Positions 24,594-36,361 of a stretch of DNA of 64,000 nt are shown piece by piece (positions within the stretch are counted from its first letter, which is position 1; every line of letters begins with the position of its first letter). This DNA comes from Eledone cirrhosa (Eukaryota). The DNA lies in contig CAXHJY010000928.1 in the NCBI GenBank assembly GCA_964016885.1, positions 372,001 to 436,000 of the forward strand. The letters are read 5' to 3'. Under the pieces are notes generated by a model. It was given only the letters and a program-made list of their open reading frames with translations. It had not been told where the DNA came from and made no database searches. A program made the position numbers and the translations under genes.

Positions 24594-26206
24594 TCAAAGG
24601 AATATAAATTAAAGTAATGTTACATAATATAATGTTCCATATATTGGTTTTTACTATGGTGCCTTGGTTGCATCAGCTGTCAGCCATAATCAAGCAGTAC
24701 TCATCTGTCGAGGCTGCATTGTGTGAGATCTGCCTATGGGTAACAAGATGGCTGCCAAAGGGTGGTTTCAGGGGAAGTAACTTCTCGAGAGATTAGAGAT
24801 TGTGTGTATTTTATAGTTAAGTGCTAGTATTTAAATTATTTAATTGAGAGACAATGTAGGGGAGGTAACTTGTAATTATCGAGTTGTTCATAGCAATTTA
24901 ACTTATTAGCTACAATTAGAGATGGGGCTACATGACTAAGTTGGGTCAAAAACTCTATTGGCGAAGGAATTAGCCCTTCGATGTTGACAGCTAATGGTTA
25001 CCTCCGTTCTATCGTTAATTGGTAGAGGTCGTGATAGAGTTATGTAATATGCTTCCGTAATACAGAGATCACAAGATTTCCTTCGTCCATTGAACGGTTG
25101 GGCCCTAGCCACGATATCCCATTTTAGTGAGTGTTGAACTTTGTTTATTTTAAGGTTTTTAATGAGCCTAGCTAGCGATGTCGAACATTTGTTACTAGGG
25201 TCTCAGAAGGAAAAAGAGTGCGCGTTATAGTGTACCTTAAAAGGGTTAGAGGTAGACCCGATATAAGAGCAGGTATTCGAAGCAGTCTCAACTGTGCACC
25301 TATAGACTATGTTGGGTGTCAGGCAGTGTCCATTTAATGGGCATGCATTGGGGTAGCGGCAGTTGCTTCTGCGGTTAGTGAGAGTAGGGTTATTTAACCT
25401 AAGCAGTTGGTCCGTGCTAGAAGGATTAGATGGGGGAGGTGTGCTACTAGAGTAATTATTGGTGTAGTGGCGTGGTGTATTTGATAGGGGTGGTGGTACC
25501 GCGGTGTGGGAGTTATACTGTCTTAGCTTATGATGGTTACTGAACGCGATGTGGCTAGCTAGGTTAGGTGTTGTGGAGAATGAGATTTTAATGTTGTTTT
25601 TATTAAAGAGTTTGTAATATCTATGGTTAGGGGGGAAGTGTTTGGATAGGATAGGGAAGAAGCATTTGGAGATATTAGTGGCTAGATTAGATGAGAATGG
25701 TGGGTTAAGCCAGGTGATATTTCTAGGTATATTCCTTCTAGGGGTTCTAGTGGAGTTGGTAGGGGCCTTCCTAGGGTTATTATTACCTGGGGGTTTGTTA
25801 TTTGTCATCCCATTTCTCATTCCTATTCTAGGGTTGATTCTTAGTTTGCTACTAGGAGTGGGGAGCAGGCCGCTGCCACCATTTAATTCCCTGTATAGGT
25901 GCTGTTACTGCTAAAATTCCGGCGAATCTGGCTATATGCTAGGGTATTTCTAGTTCTAGTGTTAAGTTTATTATGGTGAGTTGCTGTGTTATGGCATTTA
26001 GGTATGTAATAAATTGATTGTTCATAACCAGATTCAGAGAGAGCCTTATTGTAATATTGCGCGTGGTTTATAAATATCTCTTCATTTGCTAATATCATTG
26101 AGATCCTATAGGAGATAGATTTTATTACTGCTCTGATGAATGCCGGTGGGTGGTTAGAGTCTGGGCTAATATATGTGAGTATTTCGCCTGGTTTATGGTA
26201 AGGGTT

Positions 26207-26563
26207 CATCATCATCATCATCATCATCAGGTTTAGCGTCCGTGTTCCACGCTTGCATGGGTTTGGACGGGGGTTTTCCCACTTGAGGCAAAAGTGGTTG
26301 TCTTGCTCACATAGGACTGTCTGGCGGGTTTTCTACAGTTGGATGCCCTTCCTAACACCAACCACATTTACAGTGTGGGGCTGGGAGGTTTTTACCGTGT
26401 TGCCTACACGGCCACATTACAGCGTGGACTGTCTGGCGGGTTTTCTACAGCTGGATGCCCTTCCTAACACCAACCACATTTACAGTGTGGGGCTGGGAGG
26501 TTTTTACCGTGTTGCCTACACGGCCACATTTACAGCGTGGACTGTGTTTTTTGTCGTGACACC
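26207..26563 (-). mobile_element. RTE-B 3' UTR-only insertion nested in the PLE-3 RT
   Basis: (GAT)n tail and 3' UTR with the 91-bp internal duplication; splits LDLNNNLY / PYHKP. Confidence 0.88.
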
Positions 26564-26944
26564 TATAAAGGTTATTGTTGAGATCAAGGGTGACATCTAG
26601 GAAGTTTACTACTTTATGGTTCAGCTCGATAGTGATAGAGAGACCGTTATTTTTGAAGAATCTATGAAATTGTTTCTTAAGCAAATCGATTCCCCGATTA
26701 GTGCAATTGTGGACTGCAAATAGAGCGTCGTCACATATATTAGCCCACACTCTAACCACCCACCGGCAGTCATCAGAGCAGTAATCAAATCTATCTCCTA
26801 TAGGATCTCAATGCTATCAGCAAATGAAGAGATATTTATGTAATGTAATATGTATGCATATTACATTACATAAAAACAAACTTAAACACTAACTAATTCC
26901 TCTAAATTCATAATTCATCCACTCTTCTACTTATTATATACTTA

Positions 26945-27588
26945 ATAACATTAATATTTTTATTTTAATAATACATATTAACGATTTCTTTTCATCGCAC
27001 ATATTATTAAACCCTTAAATATACAAACCTTAATTTAACATTATTCTTAATTTTTTTTTTCTCTTCATTAATTTTTTCTCTTCCATCAATTTTCTTTTAA
27101 ATTATATATTATCTTCCAACGGCTTTTTAACCTCTCTCTGTAAAATAATATATATATTTTTCTCAGTTATAAACGCTATCTCTCTCTTTCTATCACCCAT
27201 CTCTCCTATCTCATCCTTCCTTATTATACTCCTCCCCCACCATTCTTTACTCTCATCTCCTTCTTTTTTTCATCCTTTCCAACAACCCCCTCATTTTTTC
27301 CCAATATCACACATCAATCTTAAATTACTTTTCATATGTTGATTTAAAACTGCACTATTCACACGTGTTTTTTAACCTTCATATCATGTCTCCCTATTTT
27401 ATCTGACGAAAACGCAAATGTCATCTCATGATGATATTTGTTTTTGAGATGCGCATAATAAAATACATGAACTCTTTTAACCATCTTTTGATCTTATATT
27501 ATTTATATTCCAGTCCTACAAACTGTAGAGTGCTACTTATCCAATATCTGCATTGCTTTATTGTACTACAATAAAACTCACCTCCTAC
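26945..27588 (+). mobile_element. Solo PLE-1 pseudo-LTR
   Basis: Diverged copy of ~14590-15122 plus the extension seen at 10884-10980. Confidence 0.85.
27395..27465 (+). ncRNA. Mutated hammerhead (GAAA changed to GAGA) in the solo pLTR
   Basis: TATTTTAT CTGACGA ..GAGA TGCGCA TA ATAAAATA. Confidence 0.7.
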
Positions 27589-27617
27589 ATATATATATAT
27601 ACATATATATATATGTG

Positions 27618-27700
<83 letters not shown>

Positions 27701-27749
27701 GTATATATGTATATATATATATGTATGTATATATATATATATATACATA

Positions 27750-30452
27750 TTCCAGTAAGGAAGAGCAATTAGAGTCGTATAATATAGAGGAACAGTGGGA
27801 ATTCCTGAGAGCAAACCTGCTGACGGCGGCAGACGAAGTCTGTGGCTGGAGCAGGCCTGTAGGTAGGAGGAGAGTAACATGGTGGTGGAACAGTAAGGTG
27901 GAGGAGTCAATTAAGGCCAAAAAGCAGGCTTGGAAAGTATGGCGGGATGGGGGAAGTAGAGAAGACTATCAAGTGGCCAGGAGGGAAGCTAGGAGACAAG
28001 TGTACTTCGCAAGAAGGGAAGCAGAGGAAAGAAAGTTCAAGCATGTTCTACAACGTGAGGACCAAAAACGTGAGGTGTTCAGGATTGCCAGGCAATGTGT
28101 CAAGGAAAACCGTGATATTGTCGGGGAGAAGTGTGTACTTAACGATGATGGCTTACTTGCCATCACCGACGCTGATAAGAAGGTAGCTTGGAAGTGTCAC
28201 TACGAAAGGCTTCTAAATGAGGAGAACAAATGGGAGAAAGACAGTCTCCCCCAGATCGATCCAATAGAGGGACCAGCAGTGTTAGTTGAAGGTAGTATAA
28301 TAAGTAAGGCAATCAAAGATATGAAGACGGGTAAGGCGGCTGGGCCTTCGGAAATAGTTGCTGAGATGCTGAAGGCATCTGGTTCGGTGGGACACACCAT
28401 GGTCACCCGGATAGTTAACCAAGTCGTACAGAATGGGGTTGTTCCGAAGGAATGGCGTAGCAGCATCATCGTTAACTGCTATAAGGGAAAAGGAGATGCC
28501 CTAGATAGGAGTAACTATAGAGGCATTAAATTAATCGACCAGGTCATGAAGGTCACGGAAAAAGTAATAGCGCAACTAATCAGAGAGAGAATTGATCTAG
28601 ATGAAATGCAGTTCGGGTTTGTGTCAGGCAAAAGTACCACAGACGCTCTTTTCATTGTACGACAACTACAGGAGAAGTACCTAGCTAAAAGTAAACCCCT
28701 ATACTTAGCTTTCGTCGACTTGGAGAAAGCCTTCGACAGAGTCCCCCGTTCCATTATCTGGTGGTCTCTTAGAAAACTAGGTGTTGACGAATGGCTTGTG
28801 AGAGCTATACAAGCCATGTATAAAGAAACAGTCAGTAAGGTTAGAATTAACAACGAATATAGTGAAGAGTTTAGCGTAAAAGTTGGTGTCCATCAGGGCT
28901 CTGTTCTTAGCCCCCTACTATTTATTATTGCCCTTCAGGCTATAACAGAGGAGTTCAAGACCGGCTGCCCATGGGAACTCCTATACGCAGATGATCTAAC
29001 GCTCATAGCTGAATCAATGACCGAACTAGAGAAGAAATTCCAAACGTGGAAGCACGGCCTAGAATCAAAAGGCCTTAAAATTAACCTGGCTAAGACTAAA
29101 GTTCTAGTTTGTAGGAAAGAAAATAAGGCGGCGGTCCCATCGGGGAAATGGCCATGCTCAGTGTGTAGGAAAGGCGTAGGTAGAAACTCCATTTTATGTC
29201 CCAAATGCAAAGTATGGGTGCATAAAAGATGTAGTGGGATCACAGGTAAGCTAACTAAGAACATAGATTTTACATGTGGCCGGTGCTCTGGTGCAATAAG
29301 TAGCAGCAAGTGCCCACAAAATACTAGCTCCTTCAACTGCGCAGAGGGTTCTATAGAAATAATGGACAGCTTCCGTTATCTGGGTGACAAAATCAGCAGT
29401 GGGGGAGGGTGCTCTGAAAGTACAGTAGCTAGAGTCAGAACTGGATGGAAAAAGTTCAGAGAGCTTATACCACTATTAGCCGCTAGAGGGTTCTCCCTAA
29501 AAATGAAAGGCAGGTTATACGATGCCTGCATACGAACAGCAATGCTGCATGGCAGTGAGACCTGGGCATTGTGTGCAGAGGATATACGCAGACTAGAGAG
29601 GAACGAAGCTTGCATGCTCCGCTGGATGTGCAATAGTAATATACGTGAACGGCAAAGCATAAACGAACTAAGGAAAAAATTAGAAATAAGAGGGATCAGA
29701 TGTTGTTTACTCGAGAGAAGGCTACGTTGGTACGGTCACGTGATGCGCATGAAAGACGACAGCTGTATAACAAAGTGCAGGGCAATAAAGATAGACGGTA
29801 GCCACGGAGTAGGCAGACCCAGAAAAACATGGGACGAGCTGATAAATTCCGACCTCACACGCTTACACCTCTCCAAGACAATGTCACTGGACCGAGACCT
29901 TTGGCGGTACTCAGTAATAGAGAAGACCCGCCTTACCTAAATACAAAGTAAAAACCTACTACAGTCAGTAGGCACCTCTATCAAAACACACCCCCGTCCC
30001 ACCACCTCCACCCCACCCACACCGCCCCTTTCAATGTAAAGTTATGTTGGTCCCACAACATCCAGGCCGAAACAAATGAGATCGTGTAGGTGTCACGACA
30101 AAAAACACACAGTCCACGCTGTAAATGTGGCCGTGTAGGCAACACGGTAAAAACCTCCCAGCCCCACACTGTAAATGTGGTTGGTGTTAGGAAGGGCATC
30201 CAGCTGTAGAAAACCCGCCAGACAGTCCACGCTGTAATGTGGCCGTGTAGGCAACACGGTAAAAACCTCCCAGCCCCACACTGTAAATGTGGTTGGTGTT
30301 AGGAAGGGCATCCAACTGTAGAAAACCCGCCAGACAGTCCTATGCGAGCAAGACAACCACTCTTGCCTCAAGTGGGAAAACCCCCGTCCAAACCCATGCA
30401 AGCGTGGAACACGGACGCTAAACCTGATGATGATGATGATGATGATGATGAT
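27750..30452 (+). mobile_element. RTE-clade LINE family B, 5'-truncated with an open RT frame (~27751-29940)
   Basis: The real part of ORF 27553-29940 begins at SSKEEQ; intact RT motifs and Cys finger; 3' UTR with a 91-bp duplication and a (GAT)n tail. Confidence 0.94.
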
Positions 30453-30457
30453 ATATA

Positions 30458-30790
30458 TATCATCATCATCATCGTTTAACGTCCATATTCCACACTTGCA
30501 AGGGTTTGGACGGGAGTTTTCCCACTTAAGGCAAGAGTGGTTGTCTTGCTCGTATAGGACTGTCTGGCGGGTTTTCTACGGCTGGATGCCCTTCCTAACA
30601 CCAACCACATTTACAGTGTGGACTGGGAGGTTTTTACCATGTTACCTACACAGCCACATTACAGCGTGGACTGTGTGTTTTTTTGTCGTGACACCTACAC
30701 GACCTCATTTGTTTCGGACTGGATGTTGTGGTACCAACATAACTTTGAAAGGGGTGGTGTGGATGGGGTGGGGGTAGTGGGATGGGGATA
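30458..30790 (-). mobile_element. RTE-B 3' UTR fragment
   Basis: Matches ~8394-8740. Confidence 0.88.
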
Positions 30791-30793
30791 TGT

Positions 30794-31201
30794 ATAGAGA
30801 AGACCCGCCTTACCTAAATACAAAGTAAAACCTACTACAGTCAGTAGGCATCTCTAACAAAATACACCCCCGTCCCACCCCCCCCCACCCCATCCACACC
30901 GCCCCTTTCAATGTAAAGTTATGTTGGTGCCACAACATCCAGGCCGAAACAAATGAGATTGTGTAGGTGTCACGACAAAAAAACACAGTCCACGCTGTAA
31001 TGTGGCCGTGTAGGCAACACGGTAAAAACCTCCCAGTCCCACACTGTAAATGTGGTTGGTGTTAGGAAGGGCATCCAGCCATAGAAAACCCGCCAGACAG
31101 TCCTATGCGAGCAAGACAACCACTCTTGCCTCAAGTGGGAAAACTCCCGTCCAAACCCATGCAAGCGTGGAACATGGACGTTAAACTTTGATGATGATGA
31201 T
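30794..31201 (+). mobile_element. RTE-B 3' end fragment
   Basis: Starts at the last codons (GAGAAGACCCGCCTTACCTAA), followed by the full 3' UTR and a GAT tail. Confidence 0.9.
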
Positions 31202-31885
31202 ATATATATGTTTATATGTATGTGTATATATATACATATATATATATGTATATATATATATATGTATGTATGCATATATGTATATATATATGTATATATA
31301 TATGTATATATATATATGTATATATGTGTATATATATATGTAAGTATGTATAGGTACATATATATATGTATATATATATGTAAGTATGTATAGGTACATA
31401 TATATATGTATACAGACGTAAGGTAGTATGTATATATATACATACATGCACACATATATATATATGTACGTATGGATTTACCAAACATTTATTATAATGT
31501 TCGGTGTGTTTGTAAACAAACATCCCAAATTACACCGTACAATGTTCGGCAACCATCGTTGCCTTTTTGTTCAACACTGACGAAGGAACAAAGTACTAGT
31601 TTCAATCTTATTAGCTATCGTCAGCACCGTATACCTTCCTTCCAGATGATTGAACGTCTTAAAGTATATACTTTCCTCATGCATATTAACGGCTGAGAAG
31701 CCTAATTTGCATATCGAGTGAGTTAATTGACCGCGCATACCGAAAACGATAAATGGAAAAGAATGTACCAGCCGTACTAAGAGTGAGAAATGAAATTTCG
31801 TTTCATTCTTTTCAATTTATATATATATGTATGTATGTATATATATATGTATATATATATGTATGTATATATATATATATTGTTG

Positions 31886-31916
<31 letters not shown>

Positions 31917-32642
31917 GTATGTATATATATATGTATGTATATATATATGTATGTATGTATATATATATGTATGTATATATATATATATATGTATGTATAT
32001 ATATATATATATATGTATGTATATATATATATATATGTATGTATATATATATATATATAAGGATTATAATACTGGAGCGTATTTGAGTCAAACACCCTCT
32101 TCATATTATAGAAATGACAGTAAGAGGTATATTTGTTTCTTGTAATTATATCATATTATTGCCTCATGTATATTGGGTAGATGTATTAGTATTATTTTCA
32201 CTATTACCATGCTTATTTTTAATATTCAAACTTCTAATAGGGCTTAATTTCTGTGTAATAGAACATAGATATGTGTATTGTTATATGTGTGTGTGTGTGT
32301 GTGCGCACATATATACATGTATATATTGTACCTTTTGATTTTTAATTTGGAATTTTAATGTTGGTATAAATATATTATTATTATAATGTATTATATTGTG
32401 TTATATATAATTCCTGCTCTATATAACCAAATTTGTTTAGATTTAAGTTGGTGGCTTTGGACTATATTTGTAATATGGTTCTTAATGTTATCTACATCCT
32501 TAGTTATTATAATTTTATTATTTTTATCTTTATTTTCATTTTTATTATCGTATATCTTTGCAAGACATTAGTGTATGTACACTCCATATTCTTCAGAGTT
32601 TCTGGCTTGTATCTGCCGATATTACCTCTTGTTGTTTTGATT

Positions 32643-32680
32643 GCCCTGATGAGTCCTTAATAGGACGAAACATTGTCGGC
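32643..32680 (+). ncRNA. Minimal type-I hammerhead ribozyme
   Basis: GCC CTGATGA GTCCT TAAT AGGAC GAAA C ATT G TC GGC; perfect core with a GUC triplet; AATAAA follows. Confidence 0.88.
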
Positions 32681-32796
32681 TAATAAAAACTTTTGATGTA
32701 TTAAAGGATTCTTTGTCTTACTCTCTTAATATATATATATATATGTATGTATAGATGCATATATATATATATATATATGTAATTTTAATATAGATG

Positions 32797-32847
32797 AGAT
32801 TCTACAGGACTAGAACTGTTTCATTCTTTAGAAATCATCAGGAATCT
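32797..32847 (-). ncRNA. Type-I hammerhead ribozyme
   Basis: Minus strand: AGATTC CTGATGA T TTC TAAA GAA T GAAA CAG TTCTAGTC CTG TA GAATCT. Confidence 0.85.
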
Positions 32848-33361
32848 GGGTATCAAAAAATAAGTATGGTATTTATAGGTCTCTTCAAGTGGTAGGAGAG
32901 GGTGGGGAGTGGGATGGGTGTAGGTCATTGGTTGATAGAAAAGGGAATTCATTAAAAGCTAATTCTTCAAAGCTATAGTTTGTTTTTATTTTTATTTTTA
33001 TTTTTAGAGTTTGTTACTATATATATATATATAAATGTATGTGTATATATATATATATGTATATATGTATATATATATGTATATATATATATATATATAT
33101 GTATATGTATATATATATGTATATATGTATGTATATGTATATATATATGTATATGTATATATGTATATATATGTGTATGTATATATATATATGTATATAT
33201 ATATGTATGTGTATATATATATATGTATATATGTATGTATATGTATATATGTATGTATATGTATATGTATATGTATGTATATATATATGTATATATATAT
33301 GAATATATATATATATATATGTATATATGTATATATATATATATATATATATGTATATGTA

Positions 33362-33706
33362 TATCATCATTTTATCATTTCATTTTACGTCCGTTTTTTC
33401 CCTGCTTGCAAGGGTGGGACGGGAACTGATTCTGGCTTGATTTCTACAGCTGGATGTCCTTCCTAACACCAACCTCATTTACAGTGAGTGCTGGGTGCTT
33501 TTTTGCCGTGGCACCTCCACGACCACTTTATAGTGGAATGATAGGGACCCCAGTCCCTATCATCTCATTTCTACAGCTGAGTAAACTGGAGCAATGTGAA
33601 ATAAAGTGTCTTGCTCAAGGAAACAACACATCACCCGGTCTGAGAATTGAACTCACAACCTTTCGATTGCAAGGCCAATGCTCTAACCACTAAGCCATGT
33701 GCCTCC
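33362..33706 (-). mobile_element. tRNA-head / CORE-like SINE with an RTE-related tail
   Basis: A-box TGGCTTAGTGG, B-box GAGTTCAATTC, CORE-like TTCCTTGAGCAAGACACTT, then a segment matching the RTE-A 3' UTR and a terminus matching RTE-C. Confidence 0.88.
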
Positions 33707-33713
33707 ATATGTG

Positions 33714-33756
<43 letters not shown>

Positions 33757-33961
33757 GTATATATATATATGTGTATATATATATGTATATATGTGTATAT
33801 ATATATATATGTATATATGTGTATATATATATATATGTATATATGTGTATATATATATGTATATATGTGTATATATATATATATATGTATATATGTGTAT
33901 ATATATATATATGTATATATATGTATATATGTATATATGTGTATATATATATATATGTATA

Positions 33962-34010
<49 letters not shown>

Positions 34011-34022
34011 CATATATATATA

Positions 34023-34076
<54 letters not shown>

Positions 34077-34292
34077 TATTTACGTATAGAGAAAGAGAAA
34101 AAAGGGGGAGGATAGGTGATACATATAGTTATTTGCCAAGTAGCGTATGCCAAAGGTGCTCGATACTAGTACCGGCAGTATTAAATATTCGAAGTGTTAA
34201 TATTTAGTGGGCTAGAGATTTAGCAGAGTGTGGGCACGTGGGAAAGTAAAAAATCGGAGAATATACCGTTAAAACATGTTTATTTAAAACAG

Positions 34293-34332
34293 CACCTACG
34301 TACGTTTCGCCCAGTTGGGCTTCTCAACGGCA
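34293..34332 (-). ncRNA. Variant hammerhead candidate (U3-A8 core)
   Basis: Minus strand: TGCC G TTGAGAA GCCCA AC TGGGC GAAA CGTACG TA GGTG. Confidence 0.5.
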
Positions 34333-34591
34333 TAAATAATGAAAAGTGTTCCTTATATTGCTCGGAAAGAGTTTTTGGGGTTAAATCCACATCAAGGTTC
34401 ATTGCTCGCAAAAATATCTTGTTTTGATTTTGCAGCAGGTTAAGGGAGGTAACTCTGGCCGGTGTTAGGGCAGTTTTTGCCGGACAATTTTTTTTTAATT
34501 TTTTTTTGCCGCATCTGTTTGTCTGAGGCTGGGTCTGATATGCAAGGATAGTTTCCTGGGTGTTATTTTGCAGCGCCTGCCCGCCGGGGTG

Positions 34592-35740
34592 TTAAGACTA
34601 AGGTCCTTGTAAGTAGACGAGAAAACAGAACCCAGATCCCCTCAGGGAAATGGCCTTGCTCAGTATGTAGGAAAGGTGTAGGTAGGAACTCCATTCTTTG
34701 CCCCAAATGCAAACAATGGGTACACAAGAGATGTAGCGGGATCTCAGGAAGCTTAATTAAGAATGTAGGATTCACATGCAGCAGCTGTGCTGAAACAGCA
34801 AGCAGCAAACAGCCACAGGAAACAAGTACCACCAATCTCTCGGAGGGCTCTGTAGAAACAGTAGACAGCTTCTGCTACCTAGGTGACCGAATTAGCAGTG
34901 GAGGTGGGTGCTCAGAAAGTACAATAACTAGGGTAAGAACGGGATGGAAGAAGTTTAGGGAACTACTACCACTGCTAGCTGCAAAAGGAAAGGCAGACTC
35001 TATGATGCATGCATCCGAACAGCGATGTTGCATGGTAGTGAGACCTGGGCGCTGAAGGTGGAAGACTTACGTAGATTAGAGATAAACGAAGCCTGCATGC
35101 TCCGATGGATGTGTAACAGTAATATACGGGAACGACAAAGCATAAATGAATTGAGAAAGAGACTGAGCATAAGAAAAATCAAATGCTGTGTGCAGGAGAG
35201 GCGGTTGCGTTGGTATGGACATGTGATGCGTATGAAGGATGACAGCTGCATAAAAAGGTGCAGAGCACTAGATGTCGATGGAAACCGCGGAGTGGGAAGA
35301 CCCAAGATGACCTGGGATGAGGTGATAAAATCCGACCTTACCCAATTACACTTCTCAAAGGCGATGACACACGACCGTGACTTCTGGCGTCACACAGTAA
35401 TACAGAGTACCCGACCTCCCATGGGTACAAGCTGAAACATATAGACAATATGCCCCCACACCCCCCACTGCAAGGTGGTCGTGGAGGTGCCACGGCAAAA
35501 AAGCACCCAGCCCACACTGTAAAGTGGACGTGTAGGCACCACGAAAAAGCACCCAGCACTCATTGTAAATGAGGTTGGTGTTAGGAAGGGCATCCAGCTG
35601 TAGAAATCAAGCCAAATCAGTTCCTGTATAAGCAAGGCATGGTCAGCCGACCAGACACTGCCCACAACAGGACAACCCGTCTAACCCATGCTAGCGTGGA
35701 AGAACGGACGTAAAATAGTGGTGATGATGATGATGATGAT
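34592..35740 (+). mobile_element. RTE-A 3' fragment
   Basis: Cys finger and C-terminal ORF 35025-35435, a small deletion at ~34988, 3' UTR and GAT tail. Confidence 0.92.
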
Positions 35741-36319
35741 ATATATATCTATAATTGGAAATTTAGTAAAATCGAATCTCTGGCGGTTTGCAAGCAAATT
35801 CGGCCTACTTATATGAAATGATGAGTTAGCAAAGCACTCGATAAGTTAGGTCCTTAGAGTAATAACATACGTTTAAATAGCTTGACAAATCGAACATTGT
35901 GGTAGGCAAAATCTAACACAATAATATACCAAAGTAACGATAGAACTAACAGGTTTATAAAAATACACCTGGACAAATCGAACGATTATAAGTTTAAAGT
36001 GTTTCTTTGAATCCAAAATCAAATATCAGACTTACGTGACTGGCAAGCTCGTGGTATTCATGATCAAATGGACGATTGAGTTTTTCAACAGGCTTTTCGT
36101 TCTACCCAGAACTGGGGTGATAAGCTAAATGTTGCTGCTAAATGCAGCGTATCGTATCTATAGCTGTCACGTGTTAATTCCAGCAAGGAAATAACCCCCG
36201 GTTTTTGGCGGGTCATTCAAAATGTTAGACAAAGGAAATATTTTAATTTCCGCTAATCATCATGATAAGCTCTCGACTATATATATATATATATATTCAT
36301 ATATGTATATATACATATA

Positions 36320-36355
<36 letters not shown>

Positions 36356-36361
<6 letters not shown>

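Larger units (their letters stand above)
24400..26840 (-). mobile_element. Penelope-like element family 3, decayed and 5'-truncated with a short 5' inversion
   Basis: Fragments DDALF..VNFLDVTLDL, PYHKP..SNHP, ITWLNPPF, C..CPLNGHC..IVYRC..YIGSTS. 26731-26839 inverts 26069-26178. Confidence 0.85.

Noticed and set aside
33635-33706. tRNA gene
   Set aside because: A and B boxes are present, but there is no proper acceptor stem and it continues into a SINE body.
35745-36280. Unannotated island (likewise 1920-2330 and 38045-38445)
   Set aside because: No ORF, termini or structure that I can support from the sequence alone.
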